This document shows positions 40,299-64,000 of a stretch of 64,000 nt of DNA, one piece after another. A model generated the notes under the pieces. That model did no database searches, was not told where the DNA came from, and saw only the letters and a program-made list of their open reading frames with translations. Location of the stretch: NCBI GenBank assembly GCA_016223165.1, contig JACRPO010000021.1, positions 56,286-120,285 on the forward strand, written 5' to 3'. The stretch comes from Burkholderiales bacterium (GTDB lineage Bacteria; Pseudomonadota; Gammaproteobacteria; Burkholderiales; Burkholderiaceae_C). The translations under genes and the position numbers were made by a program. The number at the start of each line of letters is the position of its first letter. Positions within the stretch are counted from its first letter, which is position 1.

Positions 40299-43200
40299 CT
40301 CGGTTTGTCCAGCCGCTCGAGCAGCAGCAGTTCGATCTCTTCGTCGCTCATCTGCGCGACGCGTTCGGCGCCCAGCGGCGCGTTCGCCGCCGGTGCGGCC
40401 GGTGCGGCAGTAGCGGCAGCTGCGGCAGTTGCGGCAGCTGCGATGTCCGCCGCAGGCCTTGCCCCGCTTGCCGCCGTGGCCGGCGCGACGGCGGGCGTGT
40501 TGCCGGGCACCAGGGGCTGCAGGTAGGTCGCGAGCGCGTCCACGGTTGGGTGGTCGAACATCAGCGTCGCCGGCAAGGGGCGCGGCAGGCCGAGCAGCTT
40601 CGAGAACCGGTTGCGCAGCTGCACGGCCATCAGCGAATCCATGCCGAAGTCCATCAGGCGGTCGTGGCGACCCGGCGCCTCGTCGGGGCCGAGGCGCAGC
40701 ACCGCGGCCACGGCGTCGCGCACCATGTCGCGCAGCAGTTCGTGCTGCTCCTCGGGCGTGGCTTCGCGCAGGCGCTGGCGCAGCGCCTCGTGGCTGGCCT
40801 CATGGGCGGATGGGTGGGCGGCCTGATGGGCAGCTTGGTGGCCGCCCGGGTCGGCATTCGCTCCGGCGCCATTCAGCGCGCCCGCCACCGACGTCGCACC
40901 GCCGTTGGCCGGCGCCATCGAACTCCGGCCCGTGCTGCCGGCCAGCCAGCCCGCGATCACCTGCTGGCCGAGGGCTGCTGCCTCGTTCGCGGGCGGCGGC
41001 CATGCGCCGGCCTCGCTGAATCCTGCATCACGCAGCGCGCGCAGCCAGACGGGGGCGGGCAGCAGCGGGTTGTCGGTGCGCAGGTCGTCGGCGAAGTGCT
41101 GCCAGCCTTCGATGAGGCCGGTGGTCATGTCGTACCACGCCAGGTGCTCGGTCGACTCGACCAGCAGCAGCACGCCGCCGGGCGCGAGCAGCGAGCGGAT
41201 GCTGGCCAATGCGTGCCGCAGGTCGCGCGCCGCGTGCACGGCATTGGCCGAGATGACGAGGTCGAACGAGGCCGGCGCGAAGCCCTGCGCGGCCACGTCG
41301 CGCTCGAGGTCGAACTCGGCGAAGCGCATGAACGGGCAGTGCGCGAACTTCGTGCGCGCGAGGTCGAAGAAGACCGGCGTGACGTCGGTGTAGCAGTAGC
41401 CGAGCGTCCCCGGATGCTCGGCATGCCAGGCGGCCAGCGGCGGCATCAGCGCCGCGGTGGTGCTGCCGGTGCCGGCGCCGATCTCGAGCACGCGCAGCGG
41501 CGCGCCCAGCGGCCGCGCGGCGAGCAGGGCCTCGATGCCGCTGGTGGCCAGCGCGTTGACATAGCGCATCGGCGAGGACCGCTGGTAGATGCCCTCGGCG
41601 AGTTCGAACGAGCCGCCGGGAAAGAGCGTCTCGAGCGGGCTCTCGCGCCCGCCGATGACGTCGCCCAGCAGGCGGCCGCAATGCAGCATGTACTCCAGCT
41701 GCGCGGGGTTGTCGGCCAGCGCCGCGCGCGTCTTCGCCAGCCATTGCTCGAGTTGCGGGTCGGCGAGCGGCCGATCGGCCACGAAGCGCAGGCCTTCGGC
41801 GTGCGGCTCCTCGCGCAACTCGCCGCCGGCGGCCAGGCGCTGCAGCCAGCGCCCGAGCAGGTGGGCGTAGGTGTCCTTGGCACCCAGGCGCCGGCGCACC
41901 GACTCGACGTCGTGTGTTTCCCCGGGCGTGGCGAACAGGCCGGCGTCGCGCAGCACGGTGGCCGCGTGCGCGACGGTGAGGCGCTCGAGCACCGCCCAGC
42001 GCTCGGCGTAGCCCTGCACGTTGGTGCCGATCGGCGCCTGCTCCGATTGCCGCGCCAGCGCCGCCCCCATGCGCTGCCACACATGCGCGGCCGCGGCCGG
42101 GCCCGAGGCCGCTGGCACCGTGCTCGCCGAGACCTGATCGAACCAGTGCCGGCGGCGCTGGAAGGGCATCACCGGCGCGGCCACGCGGCGGCCGGGCCGC
42201 CCGGGGCCGCGTGCGAAGGCGGCCCAGTCGACGGCGGCGCCGTCCACGTGCAGGCGCTGCAAGGCTTCGACGAGGTCGGTGCTGTCGGCGGCGTCACGGC
42301 GCAGCGTCGGCAGCCAGTGCACGGCGCTCTCCGCTGGGGCTTCCTCGACGGCCAGGCCCAGCAGCACCGGGTGCGGGCCGATCTCGAGGACATGCGTCAC
42401 GCCCTGCGCCAGCAGCGTGTGCAGCCCGTCGGCAAAACGCACCGGCGCGCGCATCTGGCGTTGCCAGTAGCTCGGCTGCGCCATCTCGTCGGCGGCGGCG
42501 AGCGTGCCGGCCACGTTGCTCACGATGGCGCAGTGCGGCGTGCCGAAGCGCACGCCGGCCAGCGCCTCGCCGAGCGGGGCCAGCGCCGGCTCGACGAAGG
42601 AGGAATGGAAGGACTGCGAGATGCGCAGCGCGCGCCAGCGCGTGCCCTCGGCATCGAGCCGGGCACCGAGGCGTTCGATGGCGGCGCGTGCGCCGCTCAC
42701 CACCACCTGGCGCGCGCCGTTGAAGGCGGCGAAGTCGAGCCCGGCACCCGGGGCCATGCCGAGCGCAGCGAAGTGCGCGCGCAGGGCGGCTTCGTCGGCC
42801 TGCACCGAGATCATCGCGCCATCGCCTGGCAGGTCGCGTGTGAGCTGGCCACGCCGCGCGAGCACGCGCAGCGCGTCTTCGAGCGGGAAGATGCCGGCCA
42901 CGCAGGCCGCCGCGTATTCGCCGAGGCTGTGGCCCAGCACGACGGTGGGTGTGATGCCGAACGAGCGCAGCAACGCGGCCAGCGCCACCTCGAGCGCGAA
43001 GAGCGCCGGCTGCGCACAGGCCGTGTCGTCCAGGCGCGCGGTGGTGGCCGCGTCACCATAGAGCAGGTCGACCAGCGGCACGCCGAGCAGGGGGTCGATG
43101 ACGGCGGCGCAGCGCTCGAGGGTCTCGCGGAAGACCGGGGCGCGCTCGCAGAGTTCGCGGCCCATGCCCGGGAACTGCGCACCCTGCCCGGTGAACAGGA

Positions 43201-44961
43201 ACGCCACTTTCGGCGCCGTCGATGCGGCCCGGCCCGCGAGCAGCCCCTCGGGCGCGGCGCCACCGAGCCAGTGGGCGAGGCCGGACTGCAGCGCCGACGC
43301 GTCCGCACCGCGCAGCGACAGGCGCTGCGGCAGGCGGGCGCGGCCCGTGTTCGCTGTGAAGCAGAGGTCGTCCAGCGCCCCCGGCGCGTCAAGCTCGGCA
43401 AGCCGCGCCTGCCATGAACGGGCCAGCGCGTGCAGCGCCGGCTCGTCGCGCGCCGAGAGGTTGAGCAGGTGCGGCGGGCGCAGCGGGCGCAGCGGGAGCA
43501 GCGGGCGCGTGGCCGCGTCGGCTGCGGGCTCGCCCGTCTCTTCCGCCGGTGCCGCCGCCGAGGCAGGCGGCGCCTCTTCGAGGATCACATGCGCGTTGGT
43601 GCCGCTGAAGCCGAACGAGCTGACACCGGCACGCGCCGGCGCCGGCCCGGCCGGCCAGGGCCGCAGCGTCGTCGGCACCGCCAGCGGCAGCTGCGCCCAG
43701 TCGAGCAGCGGGTTCGGGTTGCGGAAGTGCAGGTGCGGCGGCACCTGGCGGCGGCGCAGCGCGGCAATGGTCTTGGCCACGCCGGCCAGCCCGGCGGCCG
43801 CCTCGAGATGGCCGAAGTTGGTCTTGCAGGAGCCCACCCACAGCGGCCGCTCGGGCACGCGGCCGGCGCCGAGCGCCGCGGCCAGTGCCTGCAGCTCGAT
43901 CGGGTCGCCGAGCGAAGTGCCGGTGCCGTGCGCTTCGACGACATCGATGTCGGCCGGCGCCAGCCCGGCCTGCGCGAGCGCGGCGCGGATCACCGCCTCC
44001 TGCGCCGGGCCGTTGGGTGCGGTGAGGCCGCCGCTGCGTCCGTCCTGGTTGACGGCCGAGCCGCGCACGAGGGCCAGCGCACGCGCGCCGGCCGCTCGCG
44101 CATCCTTGGCGCGCTGCAGGACCAGCATTACCGCGCCCTCGCCGCGGCCGTAGCCGTCGGCGGCGGCGTCGAATGTCTTGCAGCGGCCGTCGGGCGCCAT
44201 CATGCGGGCCTTGCTGAACGCGATGTGCGCCTCGGGCGTGAGGATGAGATTGACGCCCGCGACCAGGGCGAGGTCGCACTCGCCGCTGCGCAGGCTCTGG
44301 CAGGCCAGGTGCAGCGCCACGAGCGACGAGGAGCAGGCGGTATCGATCGACAGCGCCGGCCCCTGCAGGCCGAGCACGTAGCTCAGCCGCCCGGCCACCA
44401 CCGCGAGGCTGCCGCCGGAGCCACCGTAGGCGTCGATATGCTCGGCCTCGCGCCACATCATGCGGCCGTAGTCGCTGTTGCCCACGCCGACGAAGACGCC
44501 GGTGCGGCTGCCGGCGAGCGAGTCGGGCGCGATGCCCGCGTCCTCCAGCGCATGCCACGCGGTCTCCAGCACGAGCCGCTGCTGCGGGTCCATGCGCTCC
44601 GCCTCGAGCGGGGCGATGCCGAAGAAGGCGGCGTCGAAGCCGGCCACGTCGTCCAGGAAGCCGCCCTCGCGCGTGCTCATCGTGCCGGGGTGGTCGGGGT
44701 CGGCGTCGTGCCAGGCGTCGATGTCCCAGCGCTCGCGCGGCACCGGCGCGATGGTGTCGACGCCCTCGGCCAGCACCCGCCACAGCGAGGCTTCGTCGTG
44801 CACGCCACCGGGCAGCCGGCACGACATGCCGACGACGGCGATCGGCTCGCGCGCGTCAAGCTGGGCCGCCTCGGCGGCGGCCAGGCGCGAGCGCAGGTCG
44901 CGGATCTCCAGCAGCGCCTGCTTGACCGGCGAGAGGGCGGCGCGTTCGTCGCCGGGCAAGG

Positions 44962-44965
<4 letters not shown>
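40295..44965 (-). CDS. Type I PKS module 4: KS-AT-cMT-ACP, no reductive domains (1556 aa)
   Basis: Start ATG 44965 (MTLPGDERAALSPVKQALLE), overlapping the PKS3 stop; KS DTACSSS; AT GHSLG + ISQSFHS; MT TLFPGGS, EIGAGTGSTT, ANAVH; ACP GMDSL; no KR NADPH motif present. Confidence 0.92.
40781..40840 (-). repeat. 12-bp-period His repeat (HQAA-HQAA-HPSA-HEAS-HEAL) in the PKS4 MT-ACP linker
   Basis: Translation shows His every fourth residue, five times. Confidence 0.75.
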
Positions 44966-51620
<6,655 letters not shown>

Positions 51621-51624
<4 letters not shown>

Positions 51625-54600
51625 CGCGCATCTCCGAGCGGCTCGGGCAGGCCGGGCGCCGCTTCGCCCAGGCCTTCGAGCTCGGCCATCAGGGCGCGGC
51701 GCACCTCGTCGTCGGAAAGCGATTCGACGGCTTCGGGTGGTTCGGTCGCGCCGGCAGGGGCGGGCGTGCTCGCCGCCGGCCAGGTGGCGTTGGGTGCCGC
51801 GGCCGCTGTGGCGTCGTCGGGTGGGGACAAGCCTTCGAGCAGGTGCTCGGCGAGTGCCGCCGCGGTCGGATGGTTGAAGGTGGTGGTCGAGGGCAGCGCG
51901 GCACCCGTCAGCCGGCCCAGGCGGCGGCGCAGCTGCACGGCCATCAGCGAATCGAGGCCGAGATCGAAGAAGCCGCGCGCCGGGTCGACCTCCTGCGGGC
52001 CGGCAAGCCCGAGCACGGCGGCCAGCTCGGTGCGCACGAGCGTGGCGAGCTTGTCGCGGCGTGCGCGCGGCGCGAGCCCGGCGAGCAGGGCACGCAGCGT
52101 GGCGCCGGCCGCTTCAGCCCCGGGCTCCGCGGCCTCGTCGCGGGTGGCCGGCGGCGCCAGCAAGGAGAGAAAGGCGCGCGGGCCGTGCACCTGGTAGGCC
52201 TGGCCGGCGGTGGCGGCATCGAGATCGGCCACCATGCACTGGGGCTCGCGGGCGACCACCAGCCGCGCCAGCATGTCGAAGGCTTCGGCATCGTCCATGG
52301 TGCGGAAGCCGAGCTGGTGGATGTCGTCGTGGCGCTCGCGGCCGAGCAGGCGGATCTCGCTCCACGCGCCCCACTCGACACAGGTGGCGGGCAGGCCGAG
52401 CGCGGCACGTTGCCAGGCGAGCGCGCCGAGGAACTGGTTGGCTGCGGCATAGCCGGCCAGGCGACTTGCACCGAACAGCGTCGTGCCGGAAGAGAACATC
52501 ACGAACAGGTCCAGCGGCCGCTCGCGCGTGAGCTCGTGCAGCACCACGGTGCCCTGCACCTTGGCGTGCAGCAGGGCGCGCAACGCGTCGGCCGACAGGT
52601 CGGCGAGCGCGTGGTAGGCGAGTGCCGCAGCCGCGTGCACCACACCGCGCAAGGGCTGGCCCGCGCCCTCGAGACGGTCGACGAGCGCGCGCATCGCGTC
52701 GGCGTCGGCCACATCGGCGCGTTCGAGCCAGAGGGCCACGCCGGCCGCCTGCATCTCGGCGCGCAGCATCTCGAACGAGGTGTCTCCGGCCGGCGGGCCG
52801 CCGCGCCCGAGCAGCACGATGCAGCGCGCGCCACAGGAGGCGAGCCAGCGCACGATCTTCGGCCCCAGGCCGCCGTAGCCGCCGGTGACGAGGTGGGCGC
52901 CGGACCCGTCCAGCGCCAGCCGGGCCGCCGGCGGGGCTTCACGCCGCGCCAGCCTCGCGACATGCCGTGCGCCGGCACGGAACGCGACTTGATCCTCGCC
53001 GTCGTGCGCCGCGAGCTGGGCGAGCAGCGCCGCCACGGCGCCGGCCTCGTCGGCAGCGGGGTCGAGATCGACCAGGCCGCCCCAGCATTGCGGCACCTCG
53101 AGCGCAACCGAGCGGCCCAGGCCCCAGAGCAGCGCCTGGGCCGGCACGGGGGCCGCATCGCCGGCGTCGATGCGCTGCGCGCCGCGCGTCAGGAGCCACA
53201 GGCGCGCCCCGCGTGCCGCGAGGGACAAGTGCTGAAGGCCGAGCAGGGCGCCCACGGTGCCGTTGTCCACGGCCGCGGACAACGCTGCCGCCGACGAATC
53301 GGCGCTGGCATCGAGCGCGCCGCAGTGCACGAGGCCGGTGAGCGCCGGGGTCGGTGGCGGCGAGGCGGCCGCGCTCGCGAAGAGCTCGCAGGCCGCGCCT
53401 TCGTCCCGCAGCGCCTGGGCCAGCCGCTCGCCGAAGCCGCCAGGCTCGCCGACGACGCGCCACGCGGTGCCCTCGAAGCGGCGGGTCGCGGGCCCGGGCG
53501 CAACCGAGTGCGACATCGCCTGCGGCAGCGCGAGCGAGGGCGAGAGCGGCATCGAAAGCGACATCGAGAGCGGCAGTGCCGGCCACTGCATCTCGTAGCA
53601 GGCGAGCCCTTCATCGCGCCCCGCAACCGGCGCGTCGCGCCCGGTGACGCCGAAGGCGAGTGCAGCCGCATCGGGGGCCTCGAGCCAGTGGCGCCGCCGC
53701 TGCCACGGATACGCGGGCAGGGCCACGACACGCCGGCCGGCATCACGCCGCGCCGCCCAGTGAATGGCGGCGCCGGCTTCGTAAAGCTGCCCGAGGCCGG
53801 CCAGCAGCGCCGCACGCGCGGGCTGCGACCGGCGCAGCGAGGCGGCGATGGCCGCGCGCGCACCGGCCGCCTCCGCGACGGCGGCGATGCCGGCACCCAG
53901 CGCCGGGTGGGGCCCGATCTCGAGGAAAGTGTTGAGGCCGGCTTCGAGCAGGCGCGCCACCGCCGGCGCGAAGCGCACCGTCTCGCGCACGTTGCGGCCC
54001 CAGTACGCCGCCCCGAAGTCGCCGGTGCCGGCCCACTGGCCGGTGACGGTGGAGACGATGGGCAGCGTGGCCGGGCGCGGCTGCAGCGTGCCCAGCGCCG
54101 CGACGATGGCCGGCACGAAGGCGTCCATCTGCGCGCTGTGGAAGGCGAACTCGACCGCGAGCTCGCGCGCCGCGATGCCGCGTTGCGCGAGCCGCGCGAC
54201 GAGCGCCGCCAGCGCGCCGGGCTCACCGGCGACCACGGTCGAGGCAGGGCCGTTCACCGCCGCGATGGACAGCGCGCTGCCGGACGGCGGCAGCTCGGCC
54301 AGCAAGGCGGCTTCGCTGCACTCCACCTGGGCCATGCGACCGCGGCCGAAGGCTGCCTGCATGGCGCGCGAGCGGTGCAGCACGACCCGCACCGCCTCGA
54401 CGAGCGTGAGCACGCCGGCCACGTACGCCGCGGCGACCTCGCCGACGCTGTGCCCGACGACGGCACCGGGCTTCACGCCCCAGGAGCGCCAGAGCGCAGC
54501 GAGGGCCACCTGCACGGCGAAGATCGCCGGCTGCGCCACGTCGGTGGCGGCCAGGCGCGCGCCCTGTGCGGCATCGGTGAGCACCGGCAGCAACGGCCAG

Positions 54601-56458
54601 CCGGCGTGCCGTTCGAACAACGAGGCCACTTCCTCGAGTGCGGCGCGGAAGACCGGCTCGGTGTCGAAGAGCTCGGAGGCCATTGCCGGCCACACGCCAC
54701 CCTGGCCGGTGAAGACCCAGACGACCTGCGCGTGCGCATCGTCCGCGGCGCTATCGGGCAGCGCCGCGATGCGCGCTTGCAGCCGCGCGGCAACCGTGCC
54801 CGCCGTGTCGCCCACGACGGCCACCCGCCAGGGGTGGTGGCTGCGCCGTGTGGCCGCACAGTGGGCGGCATCGGCGAGCGCGTCAGGTGGCAGCGCCGCC
54901 AGCGCGTCGCTGTGCTCGCGCAGGGCCTGGGCCAGCGCGGCGGCGCTGCGCGCCGAGACGACGAAGAGCTCTTCCCGTTGCGGTGCCGCAGTCGCTGTGG
55001 AGGCCGCGGGGGCTGCGTGGCCGGACACCACGTCGGCCGCCTCCTCGAGCACCACGTGCGCGTTGGTGCCGCCGAAACCGAACGAACTCACCGCGGCGAC
55101 GCGCGGCAGCGGGCCGCCCGGCCAGGGCGTCAACGTGGTGGGGATCTCGAAGGGCGTGCCCTCGAGGCGCAGGTGCGGGTTGGGCTTCGTGAAGTGCAGG
55201 TTGGCCGGCACCGCGGCGTGGCGCAGGCAGGCCACGGCCTTGAGCAGGCCGGCGATGCCGGCTGCGCCTTCGAGGTGGCCGATGTTGGTCTTCACCGCGC
55301 CGAGCCAGCAGCGGTGCTGCGCATCGCGGCGCGGGCCGATCGCGGCTGCCAGCGCCTCCACCTCGACCGGGTCGCCCAGCGGCGTGCCGGTGCCGTGCGT
55401 CTCGACGAGGCCGACGCGCTCGGGCGCGATGGCGGCCAGCGCGAGCGCGCGCCGCACCACCGCTTCCTGCGCCGGGCCATTGGGGGCGGTGAGGCCGTTG
55501 CTGGCCCCATCCTGGTTCACGGCGGAGCCGGCGATCACGGCGAGCACCGTGTCGCCGTCGCGGCGCGCATCGGCCAGGCGCTTGAGCACCACCAGGGCCG
55601 CGCCTTCGCCGCGCGCGATGCCGTTGGCCGAGGCGTCGAAGCTGGCGCAGCGGCCCTCGGGCGAGAGGATCTGCAGCTTGCTGAAGGCGAGGCTCGCGCT
55701 CGGCAGCAGCATCAGGTTCACGCCGCCGGCGAGCGCGAGGTCGCACTCGCCGCCGCGCAGGCTCTGGCAGGCCAGGTGCACGGCCACCAGCGAAGAGGAG
55801 CAGGCCGTGTCCACGGCCATCGAAGGGCCGCGCAGGTCGAAGGTGTAGGAGATGCGGTTGGCGAGGATGCTGTGCGCCGACCCGGTGGCCGAGTGGCTCT
55901 CGAGGCCGCCGCGCTGCGCCAGCTGCAGCAGCCAGTAGTCGCTGCTGTGGCTGTGCGCGCCCACGAAGACGCCGGTGGAAGTGCCGGCGAGCTGGTCGAC
56001 CGGCTGGCCGCCGGCCTCCAGCGCTTCCCAGGCCAGTTCGAGCAGCAGGCGCTGCTGCGGGTCCATCAGCGCCGCCTCGCGTGGCGAGATGCCGAAGAAG
56101 CCGGCGTCGAACTGCTCGATCCCCTCGATGAAAGCGCCGCGGCGCGAGACCATGCGGTTGGGTGCGAGCGGATCGGCGTCGAGCAATGCCTCGCCGCCCC
56201 AGCGCTCGGCCGGCACGTCGGTGACGGCATCGCGGCCTTCGACCAGCATCTGCCAGAACGCCTCAGGCGTGTCGGCGCCGCCGGGCAGGCGGCAGGCGGC
56301 GGCGACGATGGCGATGCGCTCGGGCCTGTTGCCGACGCTCGCACCGGCACTGGCGCCGGCGCCCGCCGCAGGCGCCGCGGCCGCGCCCTGCGCCAGGCGG
56401 CGCTCGAGCAGCGCACGCTTGGCCGGCGAGAGGTGGGCCAGGCGGTCGGTCGCTTCGG

Positions 56459-56462
<4 letters not shown>
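51621..56462 (-). CDS. Type I PKS module 2: KS-AT-KR-ACP (1613 aa)
   Basis: Start ATG 56462 (MTEATDRLAHLSPAKRALLERRL), overlapping the PKS1 stop; KS DTACSSS; AT GHSVG + VEFAFHS; KR TGGYGGLG, no LDD (AAAALAY), LAGYAAAN; ACP GLDSL. Confidence 0.93.
53541..53576 (-). repeat. 12-bp in-frame tandem repeat x3 (LPLSMSLSMPLS) in the PKS2 AT-KR linker
   Basis: cgagagcggcat / cgaaagcgacat / cgagagcggcag. Confidence 0.8.
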
Positions 56463-63309
<6,847 letters not shown>

Positions 63310-63313
<4 letters not shown>

Positions 63314-63999
63314 TGCGCGACGGCACCAGCCGGCTGGGCAGCGAGCGGCGCCAGCAGATGCGCCAGCTCGGCAACGAGCTGGCCGCGCACCGCCGCGTCG
63401 TTGAAGTAGAAGTGCCCGCCGGCGAACTGCCGCACCTGCACGGGGCCATGCGTGTGCTCGTGCCAGGGCGCCAGCACCTCGCGCTGGGCGCGCGTGTCGC
63501 CGGTACCGCCGAACACGGTGATGGGGCAGTCGAGCAGGGGGCCGGGCAGGTGGCGGTGCGTCTCGATGGCGGTCATGTCGGCGCGCATGGCCGGCAGCAG
63601 CAGCTCGAGGATGTCGCGATGCTGCAGGATCTCGGCCGGGATGCCGCCATAGCGGCGGTCGAGCTCGGCGATGAAGGACTCGTCGGGCAGCGGGTGCAGC
63701 GGCGCGTCGGGCTCGCTCAGGTGCGGCGCGCGCCGGGCGGAAACGACGAGGCGTGCCGGCCCGGGCAGGCCTTGCGCGCGCAGCGCGCGCGCCACCTCGT
63801 AGGCGACGAGGCCACCCATGCTGTGGCCGAAGAACGCGTACGGGCGGTCGAGCTGCGGCGCGAGGTTCGGCAGCAGTGCCTCGACGATGGCCTTGACGGA
63901 CTTCAGGGGCGGTTCGCGCAGGCGGTTCTCGCGGCCCGGCAACTGCACCGCGAGGACCTCGATCGAGGATGGCAGGGCGAGCGCGAACGGGCGATACAC
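63310..63999 (-). CDS. Type II thioesterase (GrsT/RifR-like), 5' end outside the window
   Basis: VQLPGRENR, FFGHSMGG nucleophile, MRAD, GGHFY; starts mid-protein at the window edge; stop overlaps the PKS1 start. Confidence 0.92.
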
Positions 64000-64000
64000 C

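Overview
Very GC-rich bacterial DNA. The left end carries the sdhC-sdhD-sdhA-sdhB-sdhE-gltA block in the order typical of Burkholderiales (Betaproteobacteria), followed by a patatin-like lipoprotein on the + strand. Everything from 6161 to the right edge is on the - strand. About 54.5 kb (9513-64000, open at the right edge) is one tightly coupled cis-AT type I PKS/NRPS operon of single-module proteins. In transcription order: type II thioesterase (5'-truncated) > PKS1 KS-AT(VASH)-DH-ER-KR-ACP > PKS2 KS-AT-KR-ACP > PKS3 KS-AT-DH-ER-KR-ACP > PKS4 KS-AT-cMT-ACP > PKS5 KS-AT-DH-cMT-ER-KR-ACP > PKS6 KS-AT(LAAH)-DH*-cMT-KR-ACP > DMT transporter > PKS7 KS-AT-DH-ER-KR-ACP > NRPS dock-C-A(Gly)-PCP > PKS8 KS-AT-KR-ACP with no terminal TE. 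Downstream lie an SMR exporter, a stand-alone SAM methyltransferase, an EgtB-type sulfoxide synthase with no adjacent egtD, and a YHS-domain lipoprotein. Read by collinearity, modules 2-6 spell OH / CH2 / ketone / CH2 / OH, the 1,9-dihydroxy-5-ketone precursor of a [6,6]-spiroketal, joined through glycine to a 4-amino-3-hydroxybutyryl unit. The last module ends in an unpaired docking tail rather than a release domain. Domain calls come from reading motifs by eye, with no database search, so novelty relative to MIBiG is unverified. No rRNA, tRNA, CRISPR array or transposase was recognised.
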